From positions 8,602-72,601 of the IMG/VR virus record IMGVR_UViG_3300022858_000345: 64,000 nt of DNA; one strand, 5' to 3'. A program made the position numbers and the translations under genes. The first letter of the stretch is position 1; every line of letters starts with the position of its first letter. Source of the stretch: a virus. Positions 16,548 to 25,250 of this stretch are shown one piece after another. The notes under the pieces are model-generated. The model ran no database searches. It saw nothing but the letters and a program-made list of their open reading frames with translations, and was not told where the DNA came from.

Positions 16548-17405
16548 ATGAAAAAGATTAATGAGGAAGGAGCTAAAAAATTAATACAGTATGGCTCTAA
16601 AGATGTAAAACATTTAGCTATTAAACAAATTAAGGATAAGAAAGGTGTATATAGAAAGCAGAAAGATACTTACTCTGATAAAATTATAGACTATCCAGAT
16701 AGCCCTACAGGAAAAGCCTACATTGGTATTAATAAGTTGCCATTAATGCCTAATGATAATGGTATTGGGTTTAAAGGAGTAGTTCTACAGGATGATGATA
16801 GACGATTTATTCAGTGTTGTGGTTGTGGTAAATGGGCTAAAAAAATTGTCTCTAGTCATATACAAACGTGTTTAGGTATAAGTACTTTTGAATATAAAGA
16901 GAGATTTGAATTAAATAGAACACAAGGATTAGTTAGTGACGAGACTTCTTTAAATTGTACTCAAGCAGCATTAAAAAACAAAAAGTCTGGTGAAAGAATG
17001 AAAAAATATAATAAGGAGTATAGAGAGAAACATGGTCATCATCCGCATTATGTTAAAAATGGTATTAAGTATAGGATACAGAGATTCAATGAGACTAATA
17101 ATGGTAATTGTCCTGAGCAATTAAAAACCAGGTTATATGAATTTATCAGGTGTAATAGAGAGCTACCTAATTCTCATAATAGAGTGTCTTCTATTTATAA
17201 AGCTTTATATAAGAGATTTGGTAGTTTAGGCAAAGCTTTTAAACATATGGGATTACCCGAGTTTATAAGAGTTGGAACTAATTATCATTTAATTTTTGAA
17301 GACGGTACTAATTATAAATTTAATATTAATAAATTTGGAGAAAGAGAAGAAATGTATAAGGTGTTGATGAGTAGATGCTCTGTTTTAAAAAATTCCCAAA
17401 CCTAA
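16548..17405 (+). CDS. Hypothetical DNA-binding protein with Ros/MucR-like Zn-finger segment
   Basis: IQCCGCGKW...SHI...GISTFEYKERFEL. Confidence 0.5.
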   Translation: MKKINEEGAKKLIQYGSKDVKHLAIKQIKDKKGVYRKQKDTYSDKIIDYPDSPTGKAYIGINKLPLMPNDNGIGFKGVVLQDDDRRFIQCCGCGKWAKKIVSSHIQTCLGISTFEYKERFELNRTQGLVSDETSLNCTQAALKNKKSGERMKKYNKEYREKHGHHPHYVKNGIKYRIQRFNETNNGNCPEQLKTRLYEFIRCNRELPNSHNRVSSIYKALYKRFGSLGKAFKHMGLPEFIRVGTNYHLIFEDGTNYKFNINKFGEREEMYKVLMSRCSVLKNSQT

Positions 17406-17410
17406 TAATT

Positions 17411-17905
17411 ATGAAAAAAATTAAACTTACAAAAGGAAAGTATGCAGTAGTAGATGATGAAGATTATCTTTATTTGAATAGATTTAAGTGGTACGCACAT
17501 AAAGTTAATACGCTTTTTTTTGCTTATAGAGCTTTTACGGGATTAAAGGGGAAAAAGGCGTTTTTAAAGATGGAAAATTTTATTGTTTATTGTCCAGTGC
17601 AAAAAGGTATAGCACATTGTAATAGAGACAATTTAGATTGCAGAAAAAGTAATTTAAAAATAGTTTCTTGGTCTGATACTAGGCATAAAAAAACTAGGGT
17701 ATCTTGTAAAAATAGGACTTCAAAATACCAAGGAGTTAGTTTTAATAATAGAATGAAAAATAATAAATGGAGAGTACAAATTCAAAAGAATTATAAACAG
17801 TATAATTTAGGGTATTATAAAACAGAAAATAAAGCTGCTTTAGCATATAATGAAAAGGCTAAAGAGTTGTACGGAAATTTTGCTTGTTTAAATAAAGTGA
17901 CTTAA
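17411..17905 (+). mobile_element. HNH-AP2 endonuclease
   Basis: IKLTKGKYAVVDDEDY, HCNRDNLDCRKSNL, SKYQGVS..WRVQI..YNLGYY..AALAYNEKAKELYGNFACLN. ATG at 17411 is preferred over 17375. Confidence 0.88.
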
Positions 17906-17925
17906 AAAATTTTTAGGTTTGATTT
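17899..17925. repeat. Palindromic motif GACYTAAAAAA-TTTTTAG copy 1
   Basis: Also at 22533-22561 and 40866-40896. Confidence 0.6.
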
Positions 17926-18002
17926 TCTTCGAGAGAGGTGTATCTTGTAAATGAGGTTTCTTGGGGTGTTTGCAATTTAAAGCAATACCTAACCATTTTT
18001 AT

Positions 18003-18749
18003 ATGGAAAAAATAAAGAAACCGACACAAATCTGCGAAATATACCCTACATTAAATAGTGGGGGACATTTTTTTGGGCATCCTATTATGCTTATAAGGCT
18101 ATTTGGAGTTAATTTTAGCGACAAGAATGACTTATATAAGTATACTTGGCAGTTCGGGCAGCAACGGAAGGATTTAGAGATTAATAGAATGCTGATGTCT
18201 AGTGAAGAAATTATCAGTAAAATAAATAGTTTTAAGAAAGGAGATATTTTTAAATGGTGTATTACAGGAGGAGAGCCTTTAAGACAGCAAGAGCAGTTAA
18301 TAGATTTAATAGAGAAGTTTATAGAGTCTCATGGAAAACCTCCAAAGATTGAAATTAGAACAAGAGGACATATAGCTCCTGTAAAAGAATTGGATAAATA
18401 TGTAACTAAATATATAGTAAGCGTTCCTCTATCAAATAGCATGGATGGAGTAGCAAGAGAAACTTTTTCGCATAGAATTAAAGAAGATATTTTAAAAGAA
18501 TTTATTGGTAATAAGAAAGCTTTATTTTTATTTGAGATGAAGCATGATAATGATTTAAAAGAAATAAGAGAGCTACAGCAAATGTTTAATATTTCTGACA
18601 ATAGAATTTGGGTATCGCCTTTAGAGACTAAATTAGGAGCGATGAAAGTAAATGAAGTTTGTGCGTGGAAAGCTTGTTTAAATTTTGGATATAAATATTT
18701 TAATAGATTGTCAGTACAAATATTTGGACCTAATAAAAGAAATGTATAA
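18003..18749 (+). CDS. QueE-like radical SAM homolog lacking the CxxxCxxC motif
   Basis: EIYPTLNSGGHFFGHPIMLIRLFG..YTW, ITGGEPL and C-terminal RLSVQIFG parallel QueE at 26051, but the cluster cysteines are absent. Confidence 0.65.
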   Translation: MEKIKKPTQICEIYPTLNSGGHFFGHPIMLIRLFGVNFSDKNDLYKYTWQFGQQRKDLEINRMLMSSEEIISKINSFKKGDIFKWCITGGEPLRQQEQLIDLIEKFIESHGKPPKIEIRTRGHIAPVKELDKYVTKYIVSVPLSNSMDGVARETFSHRIKEDILKEFIGNKKALFLFEMKHDNDLKEIRELQQMFNISDNRIWVSPLETKLGAMKVNEVCAWKACLNFGYKYFNRLSVQIFGPNKRNV

Positions 18750-18765
18750 TTTAACCCATTAAAAT

Positions 18766-19347
18766 ATGGATTTAAAAGCAGCACCAATTAAAAAAGTAAT
18801 TTTTGCGGAAGGGGCTTCGGCGGGTATTCCTTGTATTTTGCTAGATTGTTTAAGTAAAGAAGCTAAAACTAGGGATGTAAATGAAGTTATTTCAGAACTT
18901 TTAACTATTTCTAAAATTAAAACAGTTTTAGTTAAAGGTAAAATAAGTGAACAAACTGAGATCAAGACAGTTTTAAGTGGTTTATCAGCTAGAGGTAAAT
19001 CTCTTATTTTTATAACACCAGCTTCAGAAGATATTTCTGTTGTAAGAATGGTAAGGAATTTAGCAATTACTTTAGTAGCAAAACCTCCAACAAAAGATGA
19101 AAATAATATAAAACAAAGTAATTTTGGGTATTTAATGGAAACAGACACAGTAAAATTTAATATTAAAAGCTTAGAAGATTATGAGAAAGCTAAAGATTTT
19201 ATACTTATAAAGAAGTTGAAAATTCCAAGTATTGATTTTAGTATTAATAACTGTAAAGATTTTGTAGAGGTATTAACTAAATATTTAGAAGATTGTGAGC
19301 AATTTCTTTTTAAGACAAGAATTACTAAAATATTAACTGATGAGTAA
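18766..19347 (+). CDS. Highly degenerate QueE-like protein
   Basis: IFAEGASAGIPCILL resembles the QueE N-terminus (xQGEGxxxGxPxVF); DTVKFNIKSLEDYE resembles the QueE DxVKFVI motif; no Fe-S motif. Confidence 0.45.
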   Translation: MDLKAAPIKKVIFAEGASAGIPCILLDCLSKEAKTRDVNEVISELLTISKIKTVLVKGKISEQTEIKTVLSGLSARGKSLIFITPASEDISVVRMVRNLAITLVAKPPTKDENNIKQSNFGYLMETDTVKFNIKSLEDYEKAKDFILIKKLKIPSIDFSINNCKDFVEVLTKYLEDCEQFLFKTRITKILTDE

Positions 19348-19810
19348 AAAAATTATTTTAACTTGGAAAGATATTGAAAGGGATATTCGTAAATTAGCTA
19401 AAGAATTACGAAAGCATAATAATTTTACTAAGATTGTAGCTGTTGCTAGAGGAGGTCTAATACCTGCTTATTTATTAGCAAGAGCTTTGGGCATTAAATA
19501 TATAGAAGTTATATGTATGAGCCATTACAATGATACAGAGATGAAGAGTAAAGTTAGTGTGATGCCTATGAGTAGGAAAGTTGATATTAGAAAAAATTGG
19601 TTAATAATAGACGATTTAGTGGATACAGGAGAAACTGCGTTATTGGCGCAAAAGTATTACCCAGAATCAAAATTAGCAGTTTTATATAAAAAACCTACTT
19701 CAAAAGTTACTCCTGATTTTTATCTTAAAGAGGTAGAAGGATGGGTAGTTTTTCCTTGGGAGAATATGATTTTTGATGATTATAAATTAAAGCACTTAAC
19801 TAATGAATAA
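19340..19810 (+). CDS. Type I phosphoribosyltransferase (xanthine-guanine PRT-like)
   Basis: VAVARGGLIPA, PRPP-binding LIIDDLVDTGET, WVVFPWE. Confidence 0.9.
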   Translation: MSKKIILTWKDIERDIRKLAKELRKHNNFTKIVAVARGGLIPAYLLARALGIKYIEVICMSHYNDTEMKSKVSVMPMSRKVDIRKNWLIIDDLVDTGETALLAQKYYPESKLAVLYKKPTSKVTPDFYLKEVEGWVVFPWENMIFDDYKLKHLTNE

Positions 19811-20909
19811 GGTTATAGAAATTATGCCTCCTGAGATAGAGGAAATAGAGGATAGACTTAAAATATCTATTATTTTTAAATTGGATGGGAAGGAAATACC
19901 TTTATGGTATGAGGCTCCTAAAAAATTTGTAAATATGGAGCAGTTATCAACAGCATTTTTTAATGCTCTTTATATTCCTGCTATAAATATGACAGGAACA
20001 TTAAAGGTACATGGAGAAGTTTCTCCAAAACTTTTATCTAATATAGAAACAATACAAGATATGATGAAGAATTGGTTTCCTGTAAGATTTCCAGATTCAG
20101 TAGAAGTGAAAGCTAGAGCTTTAATTCCTAAAAATTCTTATTACAAACCTAAAGTAGCTGCTTTTTTTACAGCGGGTGTGGATTCTCTGAACACTTTTTT
20201 AAAGCATAAAGATGAAATTGATTATTTAGTTTATCATCATAAATTTATAGACGAGAAAGGAATGAAAATTAGTAATAAGAAGGAAACTAATAATATTAAA
20301 GAGTTTGCTAAAAAATACGGAAAAGAAGTTATAGAGGTAAAAACTAATATCAGCGGGTTTGTAGTTCCTCATGCGGAATGGACTGCTCAATATCATGGTT
20401 CAGCTTTTGCGAGTGCAGCTATTTTATTATCAAAAGATATAGGTAAATTTTATTTAGGTTCTTCACATTGTTATAGTAGTTTAGTTAAATATGGTTCTCA
20501 CCCAGCTTTAGATTATTTATTTGAGGTAGAAGGTATGCGACTTATTCATGATGGTGCAGAGTCTACTAGAATAGATAAAATTAGAAGAATTAGTCAGCAT
20601 CCAGAAGTTTTTAAATATTTAAATTATGGTTGCGGGAAAGAAATTTGTTCTAAACCCGAAAAATGTATAAGAACAATGATAATGTTAGATTTATTTGGTA
20701 TAAGAGATAAATGCGACCACTGCAATAAACACGATTACACCTTGGAAGAAGTAAGAAATATGTATATATCAGGAGAAAGTAATTTTTCTAAAGCAGTTGA
20801 AAATTATAGAGCACTATCAAAACGTCCAGATAAAGTAGAATTAAGGAAAGCTTTAAAAGTTTGTATGGATAATTATAAAAGAAAACGTGCTTGGAAATTT
20901 ACTACTTAA
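19803..20909 (+). CDS. PP-loop (adenine nucleotide alpha hydrolase) protein, QueC-like
   Basis: AAFFTAGVDS PP-loop variant, GSHP, and a C-terminal Cys cluster CGKEICSKPEKCIRT. Confidence 0.55.
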   Translation: MNKVIEIMPPEIEEIEDRLKISIIFKLDGKEIPLWYEAPKKFVNMEQLSTAFFNALYIPAINMTGTLKVHGEVSPKLLSNIETIQDMMKNWFPVRFPDSVEVKARALIPKNSYYKPKVAAFFTAGVDSLNTFLKHKDEIDYLVYHHKFIDEKGMKISNKKETNNIKEFAKKYGKEVIEVKTNISGFVVPHAEWTAQYHGSAFASAAILLSKDIGKFYLGSSHCYSSLVKYGSHPALDYLFEVEGMRLIHDGAESTRIDKIRRISQHPEVFKYLNYGCGKEICSKPEKCIRTMIMLDLFGIRDKCDHCNKHDYTLEEVRNMYISGESNFSKAVENYRALSKRPDKVELRKALKVCMDNYKRKRAWKFTT

Positions 20910-21108
20910 CTTTAAATTATGGACTACACACCAGGATTTTATAAAGATATAGATAAATCTTACAGAATGGAAGCTATTGAAAAGCTTTTAGGTACAATAC
21001 CTAATGAAAATAATATAATAGCTTATTTACAGGCTGCTAAGTTTGTCACAAGATTATGGGAAGCTAGAGGTATAACATTTAATAATTAATTAATTAATCA
21101 TAAATACT

Positions 21109-21867
21109 ATGGAAGTCAAAACAATCGCAGTAGATAGACTGCACCCAAACAGCTATAATCCGAATGTAGTTGATGAGAACATTATGGAGCAGTTAGAAGT
21201 CTCTATTAAAAGAGATGGAGTTCAGCAACCTATTATTGTTAGAAAAAGCAAAACAGAAGAAGGGAAATTTGAAATTATAGATGGTGAGCATAGATGGCTA
21301 ACCGCAAAACAATTAGAATTAACTGAGGTTCCATATACCGTACAAGATATATCAGACGCAGAAGCAATGGTTATGACTATTAATATGAATAAGCTTAGAG
21401 GAGAGTTTGATACTATCAAATTAGCTGAATTGCTTAAAAATTTGCAGGAGACTTATACAGCAGAAGAACTACAAGGATTAGTTGGTTACTCAATAGAAGA
21501 AATTGCTAGTTATAATGATCTACTAACTTTTGACCCAAAAGATTTAGCGGATGATGGTGATGATTTAAAAGGAGCTATATCTTTAAGTGAACAGCAAGAA
21601 CAACTGCCTAATATATTTGAGCTTAGTCTTTCGCTAGAACAGTTAGAGATAGTAGAAGCAGCTATAAATTTTCGCGTAAAAGATGATAGAGCTAAAGGAC
21701 TCACAGCAGTATGTAGAGACTATCTATTAACAAGCGCACCAGATAAATATAAAGAGATACAAGAAAGAATGCGAAAATTAAACGCAAAAGTAGTACAAGA
21801 AGAAGTAGAAGTACCTAGTAAAGAGATACCAGTAGAGAGTATTGACAAGAATACTAATAAAGAGTAG
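21109..21867 (+). CDS. ParB/Srx-like N-terminal domain protein
   Basis: LHPNSYNPN, SIKRDGVQQPIIVR, IIDGEHRW, NKLRG. Confidence 0.88.
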   Translation: MEVKTIAVDRLHPNSYNPNVVDENIMEQLEVSIKRDGVQQPIIVRKSKTEEGKFEIIDGEHRWLTAKQLELTEVPYTVQDISDAEAMVMTINMNKLRGEFDTIKLAELLKNLQETYTAEELQGLVGYSIEEIASYNDLLTFDPKDLADDGDDLKGAISLSEQQEQLPNIFELSLSLEQLEIVEAAINFRVKDDRAKGLTAVCRDYLLTSAPDKYKEIQERMRKLNAKVVQEEVEVPSKEIPVESIDKNTNKE

Positions 21868-21992
21868 GGTACTACTTGAAAAAGTTAAAAAAGTTTTTGG
21901 AATTATTAACTTGGATAAGCCAAGGTGGTCTGAAAATAAATGTCATAAATGTCACATTAGGGGGGGGGTAAATAATTAACAAAATATCAATT

Positions 21993-22241
21993 ATGGATAT
22001 AAAACTCTATGAACAATTAGAAACAATGTATTGCTTGAAGAAATGTATTGGGGAAGAGATGCAATACTACACAACTATCTATAATGAAGCGGCTACTTAT
22101 AAAGACCCAGATCATCATTCAAAAGCTTTAGGATTTGAAAGCCTAATAGATATACAAACTTATTATGGGGTTAAAACATCTATGGCAAAAAGATTAGCTT
22201 TAGATATTAAAAATTTAGAAAGTAGAATATTAGGAGTATAA
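21993..22241 (+). CDS. Hypothetical protein
   Basis: ORF with ttATG start context. Confidence 0.5.
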   Translation: MDIKLYEQLETMYCLKKCIGEEMQYYTTIYNEAATYKDPDHHSKALGFESLIDIQTYYGVKTSMAKRLALDIKNLESRILGV

Positions 22242-22260
22242 AAATATAACTAATTTAAAA

Positions 22261-22542
22261 ATGGGTAACTGGCCTACAAGAGCTGAAAAGCTAAAACAAT
22301 TTAAAGACAGAATATTAGAAGACTTAGAAGTAGAAACAGATGAAGGATTAATAGTTCATCTAAAAGGAGGAGGTTCAATAAATTTTGAGGTATTGGTAGA
22401 TTGTTTTATCAGGACAAGAAAGTTTACACTTTATAGTTTAACAGATAGAATACATGACGCAGACAAAATAGATAGAAATAGTGTGTTTAAAATGATACGA
22501 GAAGAACTTAATGATATAGATAATGAATCAAGCCCGACCTAA
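22261..22542 (+). CDS. Hypothetical protein
   Basis: 93-aa co-oriented ORF. Confidence 0.55.
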   Translation: MGNWPTRAEKLKQFKDRILEDLEVETDEGLIVHLKGGGSINFEVLVDCFIRTRKFTLYSLTDRIHDADKIDRNSVFKMIREELNDIDNESSPT

Positions 22543-22584
22543 AAAATTTTTTAGATTCGATCATTAAAATATTGTAGGTATGAT
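22533..22584 (+). promoter_or_regulatory. Palindrome copy 2 followed by promoter TTCGAT-17-TATGAT
   Basis: cccgacctaaaaaattttttag; -35 at 22556-22561, -10 at 22579-22584; upstream of the tRNA-like cluster. Confidence 0.5.
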
Positions 22585-22624
22585 TCTCAAGAGAAATCTT
22601 GAGGTCTCGGAAAGCCTCTCAGAT

Positions 22625-22775
22625 TAGCTGGTGGCGGAATAGGTAGACGCGTTACGTAGCGTCATTGCCCAATATTGATGTTATACGTGGTGTTATTGTA
22701 GGGTGACTATACGAGTTACCACCCCGCCTGAAACGGGGAACGGCAAAAGATCTCGTCAAATCCCTACCCAGCTAA
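22625..22775 (+). ncRNA. tRNA-Leu-like RNA with extended anticodon arm and T-loop insertion
   Basis: Acceptor TAGCTGG/CCAGCTA, Leu-type D arm TGGCGGAATAGGTAGACGC, T stem GTAGGG/CCCTAC with T...CAAAT split by a structured insert of about 50 nt. Confidence 0.65.
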
Positions 22776-22801
22776 CTTGAGAGTCATGTCTACAAATTAT
22801 G

Positions 22802-22863
22802 TGGGGGTGTAGCCATTGGGGGCTAATAGCACTGCTATCGGTTCAAATCCGCACCCTCGACCA
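22802..22863 (+). ncRNA. Short (62 nt) tRNA-like RNA with CCA end and no proper anticodon loop
   Basis: TGGGGGTG/CACCCTCG acceptor, TAGCC..GGCTA D-like arm, ATAGC-ACT-GCTAT mini arm, CGGTTCAAATCCG T arm, ACCA end. Confidence 0.6.
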
Positions 22864-22991
22864 AATTATTGGTATAGTTCTTAATAGGAACGGTGGTAAT
22901 CTTGATTATGGCTCACCAACTAAACTTCCTATTAAGAATCGTGCTTATAATCAATCAACTATGAAGAAACTAAGTAAATTAACAAAAATAT

Positions 22992-23183
22992 ATGCAAACA
23001 TTAGAAGACAAATTAGATAGACCCCAGCAAGTGTGGTGCTCAAAATGTAAAGATTGGAAACATTTTGATAGAGTATTACCTAAATTAGTATGCGAGTGTG
23101 GAGAAGTATTTACTAAGAAGTCACACCCTTTAACAGTACCAAATGAAAAAAAATATAGTAAAAATAAAGTGTGGGTGTTGTAA
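22992..23183 (+). CDS. Small Zn-ribbon protein
   Basis: CSKC...CECG. Confidence 0.5.
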   Translation: MQTLEDKLDRPQQVWCSKCKDWKHFDRVLPKLVCECGEVFTKKSHPLTVPNEKKYSKNKVWVL

Positions 23184-23424
23184 AGACACTTTAGAAATAT
23201 ATTGTGGGCAAGGGCAAACAATATTCAGTATAGAGTTAGATAAATGGAGATTACTAGGTAGAATAAAATATGCCTTTGGAATAATATTTAGACCAAGTGT
23301 GTATAAATATGGAGGAACATTATGGATAGAGCCAAAGAGATTCAAAAAATATTTAAAAAGATTAGAGAAATTAAACGATGAAGCTATAAAAAAAGGGGAG
23401 GAGTGGGATAAGGAAAATCTTTAA
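23143..23424 (+). CDS. Hypothetical protein
   Basis: 93 aa with CGCC motif. Confidence 0.5.
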   Translation: MKKNIVKIKCGCCKDTLEIYCGQGQTIFSIELDKWRLLGRIKYAFGIIFRPSVYKYGGTLWIEPKRFKKYLKRLEKLNDEAIKKGEEWDKENL

Positions 23425-23443
23425 TAATTTAACCAATATAATT

Positions 23444-23713
23444 ATGCTAGATGAAAAAGCTAAAAAAATTCAGGAGCAGGAAAGGCTATCTAAAATAAAA
23501 GATATTAAAATTCTGCGAAATAGTATGCAGGAAGTAATAGAATTATTACAAAGTATATGGCGTACAAGAGAGATGAGTATTGCTATAACTAAATTTCAGG
23601 AAGGAAAGATGTGGTTAGGAATGGAGCTATCAAATTTAGGAGCAAAAGACTTAAATGCTGAAAGAGATAAAAAAGAAGTATCTAAAGACATAGAAAATTC
23701 TAATAATCAATAA
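23444..23713 (+). CDS. Putative Acb2/Tad1-like helical-hairpin protein (candidate immune-signal sponge)
   Basis: TREMSIAITKFQEGKMWLG matches the RExSxAxTKLxEAxMW hairpin signature I associate with this family. Confidence 0.5.
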   Translation: MLDEKAKKIQEQERLSKIKDIKILRNSMQEVIELLQSIWRTREMSIAITKFQEGKMWLGMELSNLGAKDLNAERDKKEVSKDIENSNNQ

Positions 23714-23718
23714 ATTAT

Positions 23719-23901
23719 ATGAAGCAAGTAATTAAAAAAGGTGTGCCAGTTATAGCAGAGTTTAACTGTCCTTTATGCAAAGAGTGTTGGTTAACAGATG
23801 AATATACTTTGTTTGGATTAGCAGAAGGAGGACATGAATTACATGATACTTGTGCAACTTGCAAAACTATGTCACAGGGTGTTAAACAATCTAATAAATA
23901 A
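23719..23901 (+). CDS. Small Zn-ribbon protein
   Basis: CPLC...CATC. Confidence 0.55.
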   Translation: MKQVIKKGVPVIAEFNCPLCKECWLTDEYTLFGLAEGGHELHDTCATCKTMSQGVKQSNK

Positions 23902-23903
23902 TT

Positions 23904-24236
23904 ATGAAAATAGCCTTTGATATTGACGACACAATTTGGAAGGTGCGTACAGAGAAGCCTTTTGGGCAAGTACCTGATTATAATTTAATATTAGTACTTA
24001 AATGGTTTTATGATAATGGAGATACTGTTTATGTTTGGTCAGCAGGAGGAGTGAACTACGCACAACAAATAGTAGAGAAGCTAGGATTAGAAGGAATGGT
24101 TACAGTTATACCTAAAGGAGAGTTAAACACTCCACACCCAGATAATCCAAAGATTGACATTGCATTCGATGATTGTGAAACAAACCTAGCTACAGTAGAC
24201 GTTAAAGTAAGACGAAAACATATTAACAATAAATAA
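23904..24236 (+). CDS. HAD-superfamily phosphatase-like protein
   Basis: IAFDIDDT motif I, VWSAGG motif II, IAFDD motif IV. Confidence 0.8.
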   Translation: MKIAFDIDDTIWKVRTEKPFGQVPDYNLILVLKWFYDNGDTVYVWSAGGVNYAQQIVEKLGLEGMVTVIPKGELNTPHPDNPKIDIAFDDCETNLATVDVKVRRKHINNK

Positions 24237-24461
24237 TTATGAAAATTCAATTAGACACAAAAGCTAAGACAATTAAAGTAGAGGATAATGTTCAACTATC
24301 TGAACTTCTAACCAATAAATAATGATTAAGATAAACACAAAACAGATAGAAGAGTGTGACAAATGTTATTGTATGACTAATATATTAATGGATGAGGATG
24401 GAAATAGATTTTGCGGGAAATGTAAGAAGCCTAAAAGTAAAATTAATATAACCAAATAAAT

Positions 24462-24803
24462 ATGTTAAAAGATGTAGAAAAAAAGCCACCAGTAGTTCCT
24501 GTGGAAATTACAGTACCTAAAGTAGATAGTATCCAGTATACAAAAGTTACTATGAAGATGTCAGATAATACAGAGCAGGATGGATATAGGCTTGTATGCC
24601 CTTGTGGTAATTATGATAGACAGAAATATGGAGATTATATAAAAACAATAATAGAGGAAGACGATAGAGGTAGGAAGTATTTTATAAAGGTTATGGCTTT
24701 GTTATGTAATAAATGTCGTAGCCAAGATATTCTTCTTTCAGAATTTAAGAAGGAATATGGAAGGATAGTAAAACCAGCTAGTAAAGAAAAGGTTAAAACT
24801 TAA
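24462..24803 (+). CDS. Hypothetical Zn-binding protein
   Basis: CPCG...CNKC. Confidence 0.55.
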   Translation: MLKDVEKKPPVVPVEITVPKVDSIQYTKVTMKMSDNTEQDGYRLVCPCGNYDRQKYGDYIKTIIEEDDRGRKYFIKVMALLCNKCRSQDILLSEFKKEYGRIVKPASKEKVKT

Positions 24804-24821
24804 TTATTAAAGTACAAATTT

Positions 24822-25250
24822 ATGAAAGTAACTAAAAAATTTAAATTTGAAATGGCTCATAGACTCCAACACCACGAAGGGCTATGTTTCAATATTCACG
24901 GGCATTCTTATGTAGTGGACGTAACAATAGAGAAAGAGGAAGTTAATACAGAGGGACCAGAAACAGGAATGGTAATGGACTTCGGTAATGTTAAAGAAAT
25001 AGGTAATAACTTATTTGACCAGTTAGATCATGCTTTTATGGTTAACACAGATGACAAAGCTGTAGCAGGATTCTTTAGAAAGCAGGAGTTTAAAACTTAT
25101 GAGGTAAACTTTGAGCCTACAGCAGAGAACATGGCTAAATATATTTATAATCAATTAAAACCAGCTTTTAGAGATGTTGGGATTAATATATATAATGTTA
25201 GAGTATGGGAAACATCAACAGCTTATGCAGACTATAATCCAATAAAATAA
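24822..25250 (+). CDS. queD: 6-carboxy-5,6,7,8-tetrahydropterin synthase
   Basis: FEMAHRL, CFNIHGHSY, MVMDFG, LDHAF, PTAENMA, VWET. Confidence 0.95.
   Translation: MKVTKKFKFEMAHRLQHHEGLCFNIHGHSYVVDVTIEKEEVNTEGPETGMVMDFGNVKEIGNNLFDQLDHAFMVNTDDKAVAGFFRKQEFKTYEVNFEPTAENMAKYIYNQLKPAFRDVGINIYNVRVWETSTAYADYNPIK

Noticed and set aside
18329-19148. Minus-strand ORFs over the degenerate QueE-like genes
   Set aside because: They have no motifs; the + strand ORFs show QueE-like features and fit the operon.
22799-23020. 73-aa + strand ORF
   Set aside because: It overlaps the tRNA-like RNA and the 13-bp inverted repeat; the RNA structure explains the sequence better.
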